This document shows positions 38,301 to 50,400 of a DNA stretch of 64,000 bases, one piece after another. The position numbers and the translations under genes are program-made. Positions within the stretch are counted from its first letter, which is position 1, and every line of letters starts with the position of its first letter. The notes beneath the pieces were generated by a model. That model worked only from the letters and a program-made list of their open reading frames with translations. It was not told where the DNA came from and searched no databases. This DNA is from Zootoca vivipara (Eukaryota): the NCBI RefSeq assembly GCF_963506605.1, contig NC_083278.1, positions 72,850,001 to 72,914,000 of the forward strand, read 5' to 3'.

Positions 38301-40505
38301 CTCGAGCTCTTCTCAAGGTAAGACAGAAACCAATTGGCTTTTCTCATATCCATATCTTGAAAGAGGAACAAGGGAAAACATACAGTGGACGCTCGGCTTG
38401 CGAATGTGATCCATGTGGGATGCACGTTCACAACCTGCAACGTTTGCAACCCGCACCTGCATGTCTGCACGTGCGCGGGTTGTGATTTGGCACTTCTGTG
38501 CATGCGCAAAGCGCGATTTAGCACTTCTGCACATGCGCCGAACCCGGACGTAACCCGTTCCAGTACTTCCGGGTTTGGCCTGGAGCGCAACCCAAAAGGA
38601 CATAACCCGCAGCGGACGTAACATGAGGTATGACTGTATGTGTCAAACAGATTTTTCTTAACTGAGGTAGTACGGTAGGAATAGGAAATGTGTTACAGTT
38701 GTGGCGTTATATGATGCTTACTATAGAGTCAAATTGTCCTACTTTACTTTTCCGTCTGAAACCTACAGGTCGGTCTGGTCTGTCTGGAATAGCTTGCTCT
38801 TCCAGGAGCAGCATTTTCTCTCTGGGAAGATACGGTAGTAATTTTGATTAGGGTGTCAAAGGTGTAGTACCTTTGCTTAGCACTTTTAAGAGTTAGCTTG
38901 CAGGTTACTTAAAAAAATGTAAATTGCCTTCCCGTTTGTTGGTAACAGCTCTTAATTTAGTTAGATACAAACTCCAGGCTCTACATAGAAAAATCTCTTT
39001 TTTCTGGTATGTGATAAAACATTTTGGTTGTTTTAGTGGTGAGTACTAATGCATTGCCATTTTTGCAATTGTGCTTTAGTTTAGAGGAATCTTAATAATC
39101 TAGTAGTGCATATTAAAAGCTACCATGTTTACTCCATTTCATACTTATATGTAAATATGTATTGCTTATGTCAACTCTCCAATGAATTTCAAATTTTTGC
39201 ATAGAATGACATTGCCATGCTGCTTTTCTTTGCTTCATCCATATATTCTTCACGTAATTGGAGCAGCAAACTTAGCTGCTTCATATCTATGTTTGCTACA
39301 TAAGCATAGCTATGAAGCAGCTAAGCTTGCTGCTCCAATTACATGAAGAATATATGGAAGACGCAAACAATTCCACCAGAAACCACTGATAAGTTCATTG
39401 TTAATAAAGGTGGCCTCATAGTTGCTTTCCACCTATATAGAGGAAGAGATCTGAAGTATTCTCCCTAATGTTCCAGTTATTTTTCCAATGTATGTACATT
39501 AACACAATCTTCAACTAAAAAACTGCCAAAATAAAATCAAGTTCATTTTGTTCTGTAGAATCCAAAAATTCTTCTTCTTGATGAAGCAACAAGGTAAGTA
39601 AAACATTTCCCCCCAGAAGTGATAATTTCTTCTTTACTACTGACCTTTTAATACTTCTATACTGTACTACTCACCTTATGCCAGAGCAGGCCATGTATTT
39701 TCCTTCAAAGCAGTTTGGAAGGAACTGTGACTTGATGTTCCCAACAGTTTCTGACCACATCTGTGGAATGCTTCAGCAAGTCCAGACCAGGAGAGCACAA
39801 AAATCAGTACAGGATAAGCTGTGCTCAGTTGTACAATGAAAGGAACTGTCTTTCTTTCTGGGACACTTCCTTCTCTCCTGTTAAACTGGGAAGCTCCCAT
39901 TTGGATGTGTCCTTGTCTTTTGAAACTTGATTAAATATAAATTTGATTAAAAATGAACATGTTTAATTAAATTTCAGTAGGAACTGATCTGTCAAAAGGT
40001 GGTGTGTGTTGCTGAAGACAAAATGGGTTAAGATTATCTTTTCCAATAAATAATGGGATATTATTTTGTCCACAGAATGTGGACTTTGTGAAATAACAAT
40101 ATTTTAAGCGTATTTATGGCAGATTTTTAAATGAAACAAAAGCAAGCTGGTTAGACAACTAGTCTGTACTAAAAAAAAATAGCCCTCAGAGTGTAGTAGT
40201 GGAATATATCACATCTTTTCCCTTCAATCTATTCTTGAATTAGTGCTTTGGATGCTGAAAATGAGTATCTTGTCCAAGAAGCACTAGATCGGCTCATGGA
40301 AGGGAGAACTGTCCTCATTATTGCTCATCGTCTGTCCACCATTCAGAATGCTAATTCTGTTGCAGTTCTTGACCAAGGTAGAATTATTGAGTGTGGAAAG
40401 CATGAAACACTGCTTGCAAACCCAGATGGACTTTTCAGCAAACTAATGAAGAAACAGTCTCTTATCCAGACTCCTGAAAGTTTTGCATTAAATGTGAAAT
40501 CCTGA
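25833..40505 (+). CDS. ABCB10: ATP-binding cassette sub-family B member 10, mitochondrial, complete, 701 aa. Exons 25833-26208, 27987-28187, 29662-29864, 30587-30721, 31932-32078, 33335-33470, 34283-34378, 36076-36285, 36672-36751, 37031-37211, 38274-38317, 39559-39593, 40244-40505
   Basis: Arg/Ala/Leu-rich presequence then [15 protein letters not shown]|[25 protein letters not shown]. Also [26 protein letters not shown], Walker A GPSGSGKS, signature [15 protein letters not shown], Walker [14 protein letters not shown]-loop IAHRLSTI. 13 exons sum to 2106 nt in frame. The start codon is the least certain part. Confidence 0.97.
26768..26867 (+). mobile_element. RTE-clade LINE extreme 3' fragment
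   Basis: Matches the 3' end of the 35034-35475 element ([19 protein letters not shown] then (GAA)n tail), with an internal deletion. Confidence 0.8.
28643..29059. mobile_element. Tigger-like MITE with internal tandem triplication
   Basis: TA|CAGTGGAACCTCGGTTTATGAACAC ... GTGTTCATAAACCGAGGTACCACTG|TA. The ~75-bp unit CCGCGGACCCRTCTGGAACGGATTAAT...GGGAAAGTTCGCTTCAGTTTATGAAC occurs three times. Confidence 0.9.
29136..29321. mobile_element. Tigger-like MITE (single-unit relative of 28643-29059)
   Basis: TA|TAGTCATACCTCGGTTTAAGTAC ... GTACTTAAACCGAGGTATCACTG|TA. Confidence 0.85.
29994..30261. mobile_element. Tigger-like MITE
   Basis: TA|CAGTGGTGCCTCGCT ... AGCGAGGCACCACTG|TA. Same family in the opposite orientation at 46836-47097. 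Confidence 0.9.
31624..31834. mobile_element. hAT-type MITE
   Basis: Degenerate TIRs CAATGGTTCCCAAC / GTTGGGAAACACGG, perfect 8-bp TSD AATTAGAG. Confidence 0.8.
33525..33800 (+). mobile_element. Old CR1 LINE 3' fragment
   Basis: Degenerate [12 protein letters not shown] ... FHSTQVIYG similar to the CR1 ORF2 C-terminus, plus GTGGTGGCCACCAG/GACAAATCCATGGAG 3' motifs. Confidence 0.6.
35034..35475 (-). mobile_element. RTE-clade LINE, 5'-truncated
   Basis: [36 protein letters not shown]...[22 protein letters not shown], (GAA)n tail, perfect 11-bp TSD ATGTTGTGTTT (35023-35033, 35476-35486). Confidence 0.92.
37510..37642 (+). mobile_element. Squam3-type SINE (tRNA-derived head, CR1-like tail)
   Basis: A-box TAGCTTAGTTGG, B-box GGTTCAATCC, then ATTCCTGCAATGCAGGGAGTTGGGCTAGATGATCCTTCCAACTCTATGATTC. 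Confidence 0.8.
37715..37828. mobile_element. hAT-type MITE (relative of 10541 family)
   Basis: CAGTGATG ... CATCACTG termini, flanked by TTCTAAGG / CTCTAAGG. Confidence 0.8.
37837..38087. mobile_element. hAT-Charlie MITE resembling OposCharlie1 (OC1) non-autonomous elements
   Basis: 3' end GGTCTGAGGGACAGTGGACCGGCTCCCTGCTGAAAAAGTTTGCTGACACCTG, perfect 8-bp TSD CTCTAAGG. The OC1 likeness is from recall. Confidence 0.75.
38383..38636. mobile_element. Tigger-like MITE
   Basis: TA|CAGTGGACGCTCGG ... CATGAGGTATGACTG|TA, with internal TGCGCATGCGC-type repeats as in the 11310 copy. Confidence 0.8.
39229..39367. repeat. Long inverted repeat (66-bp arms, 7-nt loop) in ABCB10 intron 11
   Basis: 39229-39294 is the reverse complement of 39302-39367 with 6 mismatches and no indels. 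Confidence 0.9.
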
Positions 40506-42157
40506 AAGAAAAATATTTTTAAAAATTATGAAAGAGTATAAGGAATCGAAATGTACCACATTTCCAAGAATTTTAAATTATGTTTCAGTTTATGTACAAT
40601 AAATGTTATATATATTTTTCAGCTTGTTTCAAATATTTTTAAACTTGATTGTGCTAAACTTTTTATTCAGAACTACTAACTATATTATGAAGATACCCAA
40701 TACTGAGTTGTTTTCAGGTTGTAATTTCTTTGTATTTTTATTGATGACTATAATATGGATGTTCATTGGTTTTAGGTTATGGCAGCACACTGATTTTCCC
40801 ATTGTTGGAAATTAAAACTACATTTAGTTATGTTTTTTTTTTTTAAGTTATGGGGTTGGAAACAGAGGTCCATTCATTGAACACAGAGGATCAGAGCAGA
40901 GGGAAAGTTTCACCAATTCCTTGTTCCCACCATTGACCCTTGCATCCTCCAAATTTGTTCCGGAGAGTTGGAGGAGCCTCTGGTACAGCATAAGATGTGG
41001 CACAGGAGGCCGAAGGGGGAATCATAGAAAGACATTTAGTAGAAAAGCTGCTACTAGTTGGGCTGGAAGACAGAGACCTATGACAGAGATGGGGGACCTG
41101 TGGCTTTCCATATGTTTTTGGACTAAAACTCCTGTCATCCCTAGCCATTGGTCATCCTGGCTAGAACTGATGGGGGTCAAAAGGCCAACAAAATGGGGAA
41201 GGCAGAAATTCCACCCTGACCTGTTTAGGGTTTTTTTAATAGGATATTTGCCCCACAGGCAGAATTTAGACATGTTCTTGAGTGTATCTAAAACTTTCAC
41301 TCTTCCCAATTAAATCCTGAGGCTAGTAACTGATTAGGAATACAGAACATTCCTCTGTTTTCAGTTCTATCCTGTTACTTTGATGCCAACACACCGGATG
41401 ACATTTTAAATTGCCTTTGTAATCTCTCTTCCACTTTAGGATTGCACCCTAAAAATCATTCTGTCACTTGCTTAAAAAGCAGAACAAGCAGCATTTAAAA
41501 CCCAGTGTACATTATATGTTCCAAAGTGCCCCACCCCCATAAAAACCATTCAAAATAGTCCAGGGCAGGGAAGCATTCACGTGGCACCAAAAAGATCCGG
41601 GGTGGGAGAGTATTCACCTGGTCCAAAAGTATCTTAATGTTGGCTCATTTCATATAAGGCAGCTTCATTTGTTCATGTGTTTATAAAGATATGTTTAAGT
41701 CACACAGAATAAAACTGTATAAATAAATAAAACCAGTTTACTGTACACGGGATTGCAGTCATAGCCACTTTACTATTACCCACCATCAATTATTTTGAAT
41801 CAAAACTGGAAATATGTCATAAAACATAAAATGGGTATGACTTAGCAAACATGTTTATGCCTAGGTGTGGGTTAAATATTGGAAACTTTCATGAGGAAAG
41901 CTATATTTACTCAGTTGTAAACCTTATTGAATTCAATTGGACATATTCCAAGGTAAATGGGATTAGACTTGCAGCCTTAGATTATCAGCGTAAAGAGAAC
42001 AAGATTAATAATACTATGCATTCTAAAAACTACAAAAAAATAAACAAAAGCATAGGAATTGACTTCTTTGATTTTTAACTATATGTATTATTAAAATACT
42101 AGTAAACAGTCCTCTTTCTAACTTTGCAAATTTTATCAGATTACATAAAATTGTATA

Positions 42158-42510
42158 CAGGTGAGACTCGGAAAATTAGAATATCGTCAAAAAGTGCATT
42201 TATTTCAGTAACGCAACTTAAAAGGTGAAACTAATATATGAGATAGATGCATGACATGCAAAGCAAGATATGTCAAGCCTTTATTTGTTGTAATTATTTG
42301 TCGTTAGGCGGGTCAGTTACAAATGGAATGTAATTAATGAAATGTAATAGCGATATTTATTTTTGTATTATTGTAACTATTTGTTTTATTACTGTGGAAT
42401 TTCCAAAAGAAAGCATTTGTAAAAATTAAAAGAAAAATAAAAAATAAAAAATTGCATTACTGAAATAAATGCACTTTTCGACGATATTCTAATTTCCCGA
42501 GTTTCACCTG
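42158..42510. mobile_element. Tc1-like non-autonomous element with ~60-bp TIRs
   Basis: TA|CAGGTGAGACTCGGAAAATTAGAATATCGTCAAAAAGTGCATTTATTTCAGTAACGCAA ... TTGCATTACTGAAATAAATGCACTTTTCGACGATATTCTAATTTCCCGAGTTTCACCTG|TA. Confidence 0.9.
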
Positions 42511-42677
42511 TACATCACACACTGGTGAAACATAATTGAACTGTCAGTTAACTCACTTCTTGGTTTATAACTTACCGGTAATGCATTGGTGGGTGCATAT
42601 TTCAACTTTTGAACAGAAGAGTTTTTAACAAACCTTTGGTCTAATGTACTGTAAGAGTCTTTGACAAAGTTCTATGT

Positions 42678-42773
42678 CAGGCATCCCCAAACTGTGGCCC
42701 TCCAGATGTTTTGGCCTACAACTCCCATGATCCCTAGCTAACAGGACCAGTGGTCGGGGAAGATGGGAATTGT
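42678..42773. mobile_element. Truncated hAT MITE (10541 family)
   Basis: Left TIR and body match. The right TIR is missing. Confidence 0.8.
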
Positions 42774-43829
42774 TTACCTTCAAATGTCCTTAACTTAGGA
42801 GTAGTGTGCAGTGTATGGTTTTGTAACTTCAAAGTTCATTTCATGCAGGTTTTAACAATGGAACACGAGCACAGCCTCCTAGAACTGCAAACAACTATAC
42901 TGTATAGCTATTACTATCTGTAATTCAGGGGTCTCTGGATGTAAGTTTGATAATTAAGTAAAGCATTTGACAGTTGTTTGTCTATCTTCTGTATACCTGA
43001 CTTCAATTTAAAAATAAGGTTTTCCCCCTACATTCTTTGATATTTGTTTTTCAACACTACCAGTATCTGCTTCTCAGTAATATTTTCTATTATGGATTAA
43101 AATACATTGGTAAACCATGTAATAGAGCTGTGGTTTTATGTAACTTATCTTGCTTTCTAATGATACCATGCATTTTTGGATCATTATTTTTATCCTCTCG
43201 GGGTAGAACTACACATTTCCAAGGGGCTACCAAAGAGTTGTGTGGCTCCACCCCAGCTCCACATCACTTAAATTTCTTCCATTAAGCAAACCCAGAACAT
43301 TATGACATTACAGGGTATGTGATACAACATGCTACGGGGGTGAACCCAATAGAGAAATGCCATTTTTTGTTAACATCAGTGTCTTCCATAATTTGTAGTT
43401 CTATCCAGAATGTCAAATTAGGAGTGCTTTTATTTTAAAAAGAAAAGAGGCACTAGCACAGGCCCTTACAATGGTATTTTAGAGTGAATCTGCTACCTCT
43501 CTCTAAGTCACCCAACATTTCTTCACCCCTATTCCTTGATTCTTGGTATTCCCTCTTCTGCAGTCTTTTAACTTGTCTTTATTTATTGCATAAATTCTGT
43601 ACAAGGCTTGATTGTAAAATACAGTAAAATCAAGGTGGAGAAATCACAACTGTACTTTAAAACATGCACAAATTAAAATGCTAAAATAGATTAAAATTAC
43701 GTTTCAATCCCCACCCGCTAAATGCTCCCACATCCTTCTGATTTGTTTTGCTACTTGCCATGCAAACTTAAGTTTTAGGAATGAAGATGTGGGGCATAAA
43801 ACATAAGCACATCACTGAGAGAACGGGCT

Positions 43830-44460
43830 TTTAAAAATATTCTCGAGTCCCCGCCCGCGAATAAACGCTTTTCATACAAACTGCCGCCCACCCACGTGAT
43901 TCCTCCCTCCGCTCTCTCCCATACGTAAATAACGGAACTTCCCGCCTTTCTGAGCCAATCAGGGCGCGACAGAAAAAAGGCTCTTCAGCCAATCCTCTTC
44001 GTGGTGGGGGCAGGGGTGACGCAAATCCGACGCGCCAGCAAGCCGGCACGTCAAACGGGGGCGCCTGCAGCGCGCGAGTTCACGGAGCGCCGTCGCCGCT
44101 GTGTTTTGCGAAGCCTTTGGGCTCTTCTTGCCGAGCTCGCGATGTTCCCTTCAACCCCCGGCTCGCCTCACACGGCGGCGGGCGGCGGGTCCAGCCGGAG
44201 AGGCCTCCGGAGTGGAGGCCGGAAGGGCCAGCAGGCCTTCGCGACCTCGTCCCTCAGTTCCCCGGCTTTGTTCTCGCCGGTGACCAGAAGGAGCGTCAGT
44301 TCTCTGTCTGCGCGGTGAGTGAGGGATCCGCCCCCCCCTGCTCTGCCCGGCAGCCCGGCCACGGGAGGGAGCTTTTTCTTCCCTGGTCAGGACATCGGCT
44401 GCCCGTCTCGCATGTTGATTTTCCTCTTGAAGGGCGCCTCCAGGCCGTCGCTGTTTTGTG
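43830..44460. promoter_or_regulatory. CpG island promoter of NUP133
   Basis: CACGTG 43893-43898, E2F-like TTCCCGCC 43939-43946, two CCAAT boxes 43955-43959 and 43989-43993, CpG-rich through exon 1. Confidence 0.8.
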
Positions 44461-47400
44461 GAAGGGATTTAAGCGCATCCCGGAACTAGGTTTGCTGAGT
44501 TGAAGGTGGAATAAAAGGCTGTGTCGCCCTAGGGCAGCAAATCCACTGTTCAAAAAGAACTTGACTTTGTACTAGTGAAGAGGAAATTCACTGCAAAGTG
44601 TGGGGTGAACAAATGACTTGATAGGAAGATATTTAAACAAATTGGGATGGAAGCAAGACGAATGCTCAAGTGTCATATAACTGTCCTCTATTAAATTGCA
44701 TTGGGGATAAACTGCAGTACACCATATCGTGATTTCCAGAGGGCTGAAAAGCCCTCTCCCAATTCTATTCATGGTCCAGAAAGTAGGACAAGAACTGCTG
44801 TGTGTGCCCCTGATTCCCATGCCACAGAGCCAGTCCAGGAGGCTGCCAGAGTGAATGGTATCAAGTACCACAAAGAGGGCAGGAAGCAGGAGCAAGGTTG
44901 GATTCTTGCTGCCCTGTTCTCTGTAAAGGTTATCCATTGTGGGGGGGGGGTGTAACCAAGGCCAACTCTTGTGTCATGATCAGGCCTGGAAACAGATTGG
45001 AATGTATCTAAATAATCTGTCTGTCTGCCAAGAATGCATGCAGGTGCCTCACTACAGTTTTCTACATCACTTGCCCCAAGGAGCCAGCTTTTGTGACTGT
45101 TTAGTAGTTATTCCAATCCAAGGGGTCCGAGGCCAGTTTCTTTAGGATGGTTGCACAACCATCTTTTTCAAGGCAGCAGGCACCACTCCCTTGCACAACA
45201 GAAACAATGCAGAAGTGAAGTGAAATGTGAAAGCTGCTATAAACTGATGAAATATTTGGTTGAATAGCTAAAAAAGGTACACATTTGTTCAAACAATTAC
45301 AGAACAAGAAAATGAAAAGAACATAACATGGTATTGGATTAATGCAATTTACTCAATTGAAACTGAAATATTTGAAGTGTTTATGACATTACATACATCT
45401 TTTTGCTTAGAGGTACACCCACAAAAGTTGTACATCATCCATCAGGAAGTGAAACCATCAACTATGATGTGAAAAGCTTTGGTTCACCTCTGCCAGTAAA
45501 GATTATGGAGGCATTGAGAATGGCTGATGGTAAGTAGTTTAATTCCTTCTAATGTTCCTAGACTAGATAAATGTTTCAGTCAGCATGCAGTTAAGTTTGA
45601 AATATAAAGATGTAAATTAGTGCTTGTGCTCATACATGTGATATTGCTTATTCCAGACAAGGAATTGATGGCATGGGGTAATGGCTTAACAAACCAAAGA
45701 TGTGAAATTCAGCCTGCCTTAGATGGGTTTACACTCCCACTTAAGGGAGGGGGGTCAAAGTTTGAGGGTGTTCTTAGATCCATCATTGTGCAGATGGCTT
45801 CAGAAATGCGTCATGCCTTTTCTAACTTCAGTCAGTGTGCAAGCTTCACTCTGCCTGGAGAGAAATAGTCTGCCCAAAGTTGTCCATGCTCTGATAACAT
45901 CAATGGCAGGTTAATGTAATGCACTGAACATGGGGCTGCCTTTTAAAAACACCCAGAAGCAATGGGTTCAGAATACAACTGCCAGAGTGGTAACTGACTG
46001 ACTACCATGACCATAATACAGCAATGTTGGAAGATCTTCACTGATTGCCAGTATGATTCCAGGTTAAATTCAGTGCTCTGGTTTTGACCATCGAACCCTT
46101 AAATGGTCTGGATAGTCAGAGGAATAACTTATCCCACACAGTTTATATTTTTCTCATAAGTTTCTATTCAGATGCCCCTACTTTAAAGTTTAGGCCACCA
46201 CCCCAGTGTGGTGATGTCCAAGTCATGGAACTCCCTTCCTAGGCATATTGATCTGGTGCACAGTCATCATCAATCCCTCCAATTCTGATTTTCAGGCTGT
46301 GAAAGCTGTTGCTTCTGTTGCCAAAATGGCATCACCCACACATAAGGGAAGAACAGACTCGGGGAAACCCCGAGGTTTGTAGGTATTAAAAATTTAGAAA
46401 GAAAGGGGGAAGCCCAAAAAAGAGCTCAGTAGGAACTGCTCAATCGCCATGAAATGCAAGTTGACTGGGGATGGAACAGAAACCCAGGTGATGTGTGAGA
46501 GGAAGCATGCATTGAGCTGGAAAACTGAAAATCACCTGTTTTATTTTTATTTCAGCTGCTGATTTTATTAGCTTTGTTTATTGTTTTATATGCTGATGTT
46601 TTTACTTATTATGTATTATTTTTATTGTAAAGTTCTTTGGAACTGTTTTGCAAAAGGTGGGGTAAAAATCATCTAAATACATGTGGGTCATCTGCTAGCA
46701 ATGTTGCTTTTTATTTAACGTTACCCACAAACTGTAAAGGACCTATTCTAGCAAGTCATCATAATGGTAATGGTTTTAAGTGGGCTATGTCCCCAAACAA
46801 CACTGGGTAAAGTAGGTGCAATTCAATAAAATGTACAGTGGTGCCTCGCTAGATGATTGCCCTGTAATACGAATTTTTCGCTTAATGGAGAGATTTTTCG
46901 AGCGGAGGTTGCCTCGCAAGACGAATTCGCTTTACGAAAAATTCGTCTGGCGAATCACGGTTTCCCATAGGAATGCATTGAAATTCAATTAATGCAAAAA
47001 AAAATTCAATGCATTCCTATGGGATTCGCTAGACGAATTTTTCGTTATACGAATTGACCTGTGGAACAAATTAAATTCGTCTAGCGAGGCACCACTGTAT
47101 AGGGCTTCAAATATACACTTGGGTATCTTATTCTGCTATGCCTCAGATATGATAAATTTAAGATTTTGTTCATTCTTGTAGCTGAGGACCATTTGAATGT
47201 GCATCTAGATGAAAGTGGATGGGCTTGGCTAGTCTACAAAGACAGACTGATTATTTGGAAGATTGGTCAGTCTCCGGTTGCTAAGGTAAGATAATAGTAC
47301 GTCAAAAATATAGAAATGTAGGTTTTTTGTTATAATATAAATCTTCAAAATAAAGTGTTGTAGCAAATGAGCAACCTCAAAACAGTGGCATTGCTATGAG

Positions 47401-50400
47401 CCTCATTGATATCAACTTAAGGTACTTCTGTGTTGCCACGTTTAAAGTCCTCTCTGCAAAATGTTAAGACCTTACATGAGTGGAAAGTGAAAACTAGTGT
47501 TCGCCTTAATAGGTTTCCTATTTCCTGTTGTCTCACTGAGTCTTTAAGTAGCCTCAAAAGACTGTTTTGAGTTCAGTGGAGCTTCCAGGTATGTATGGTT
47601 AGGATTGTAGCCCTAATGTTTTGTCAGAAACTAGCAATATATTCTAGTGGTGATATTTCCTGCTTTCATCCATTTACTCATGAGTACAGTCAAATCTACA
47701 TTTCATATGCCATCTCATATGCTGTATACGAGAACTAGGCCTTAGTGCAACTTTGATGTGTTGGTGATACAGGAGGAAGTACAAAGCACATGGCTTCTTA
47801 TTCGCATGCTTTTCCATCGCAGAACATTTGTGCTAGCTCATGAATGCAAAAACTGCATTTCAGCTGTGACCAAAATTTCCACTTCCTGTTGCTTCTGCAC
47901 CATTGCTGTTTCCAAAGTCCCTTTAGTAGACACTGAACTGATAATATAGACTACTTCATTTTGTTCAAGAAACTCATAAAAGAAGCATCATAAAATGATG
48001 TGTGTGTTTTGCAGTTGTCTGCATGTAAGGAACTTCAGTTACCACCTAGCGACTATCTGTGGAGTTCAAGCTTAGTGGCAATATCTTCTCTTAATGCCTC
48101 TGGTGAAGCACCTTCTTTACAGGTGAGAAACTTAACATTTATTTTGGGGATATCATTTAGGAAAGTAATGAATCCCATCTTTTGTTACAGGATCACAAGT
48201 GATGTGGAGCATATTTTAAGTTCATTTGTAACAATCAATGGATGCCAATTTCGAATACAATATTAGGCAAACTTTGCAGTTTCAAGCTTTTTTAAAAAGC
48301 TTTTTTTTAAAAAAAATGAAATACAGGTAAAATGAACACGGTAAATTAGATTATTGTCTTAGGCATGGGGATTTTTTCCAATGCAAACGGAAAAATTTCC
48401 TATGCAAATTAGACTAATTTGCAGAAGAAAGTTTTTCAATTCAGTATTTCCAGAAAACCGACATCACTGGAGATCATTTAGAAATTACACTCATGATATA
48501 ATGCAGTGTTCAGTTTGCTAGAGCTGATAGTATTACTTTTACAAATGGGTCTTGTTTACAATTTACTTATGAATGAATAAATAGAAAATTAGCCTGTAGC
48601 TCGTACTGCATAAATTATATCAGCATGTTTATCTTAGGGCACACTGCACTACAGATTTTTTAAAAACTTGAAATAACTTTACATTCTTCAGCAGCCTCAC
48701 AAATGAGTTTTTGTTCCTTCACACAATTAGTTTCTAGAGCTGCTTGTCTAGAAACCATGACATGAGTAGCTTGAAACCAGTGTAAATTTGTTGCTCAGAT
48801 TCTGAATCAATTCCTAACTGTTTTCTTATTTGCTGTGTTTGCAAGTCTCTGTCAATCATGGTTGCCACCTGTGAAGGAATTATACGCTATTGGCCCAGCT
48901 TTGTGCATGAAAGCTCTTTTACGGAGACCCATACGGACTTTGGAGGCGCACTCTGCAGTTTTCTAACAGCTGTAAAGGTAAAATAGAAACTTAAATGTGA
49001 GCATACATTTTATGGGGCATTTGTTAACAACTCTGGGAAATCTGGATTGCGTCCTGTCACTGACCATTGTCCATAAGTGATTAAATGCTTTTTTCTCACA
49101 GTGTATATGTAAAACAGAATAAAAATTTGCTCTGAGTTGGCTTAGCAAGTCTGTATTCTCTTTTTAAAAACTGAATAATAATGCAGTAGCTACAAAAAGC
49201 TGTCAGAATTAAATTGGGTTTTCTTTTATTTTAGGGTGGAAGCTTTATTTTATCATCTTCAAGGAGTGATTTTATTCGACTGACACCAGACAGTAGTGGC
49301 AAGATTCATCAGCATGGCCTACCACAAGGACAAGGCATGTTTTCTGGAATAGGCCGAAGAGTTTCTTCTCTGCTGGGAATCTTGTCTCCCAGCAATGATG
49401 TAGCAGTAAGTCTTTAAAATAGTTTAAACTCAATTATAATGCTATATTTGGATTTTTTTTAGTTTCTTTCATATTAGGGAAATGTCTTACAACACCAGCT
49501 TTAAAAAGTAATAGAACTACAAAAAGTATCCAATATCTGACCATGATACTATGGACTTTAGCCTTATCAGTTAGCCCTTGTGTCTTCCAGAACTGGTTTT
49601 TGATCTAGCTTGAAATTCTCACATTTGTGAAACACTAAAGTCAATCTGACCAATCTCAGCAAAGCACAGAGAAACTTGTTTTTAGTTTTTGAAATGTAGC
49701 ATTAAACAGTTCTGTTTTATTCTTTAAAACTTTAAACTGAGAACTTTATTGTCTCAAACACTAAGCTCCTATAATTTATGTTTAATGCAGCTTTCTAGTG
49801 TTCTTTGGGACAAAAACGGTTCACGTTTTTATGCTTTGACCAGCTTAAATCTTTACAAATGGGAAATAGATGATACTACAGAGCGTCAAGTTGTCAGCTG
49901 GGATGTAAACAGAATACTTAAAGAAAACATCATGGAATCAATATGGGTAAGAGGCAGTACATTTTGAATGTAAAACAAGTGTTTGCTTTCTTGCTAGCAT
50001 ATTTAATAACTATTATTTGCACAGGGTTCTGAAAGCAACTATGAAGAAATTAAAGGAGATGTCAATGTGCAGTATTTGGATTTGCAGCAAAATCGGTGAG
50101 TTCTTATGAGAAAGTGAGGTATTCAGTAGACAGTATTATGAACTAGTCACTAGTGTATACATTGTCCTTTTGTGTGAAGGTCAGTTATTTCAAGCCACAG
50201 AACTTGCAAAAAGTGGAATTGACATTTTAGGAAATACTTAATTTCTTATTGGTTTTTAGGTCTACTAGCATGTTGTGCTTGTTTTAGATGTCTTTCACCC
50301 AGAAAAAAGTTGTCAAATTTTGTAATTCAATCAGGGAAATCTGTGAAATGCTGAAGTTTCTCCTCCCTTCAAAAGCCAAGGAATATGCAAAGGCTTAGCA

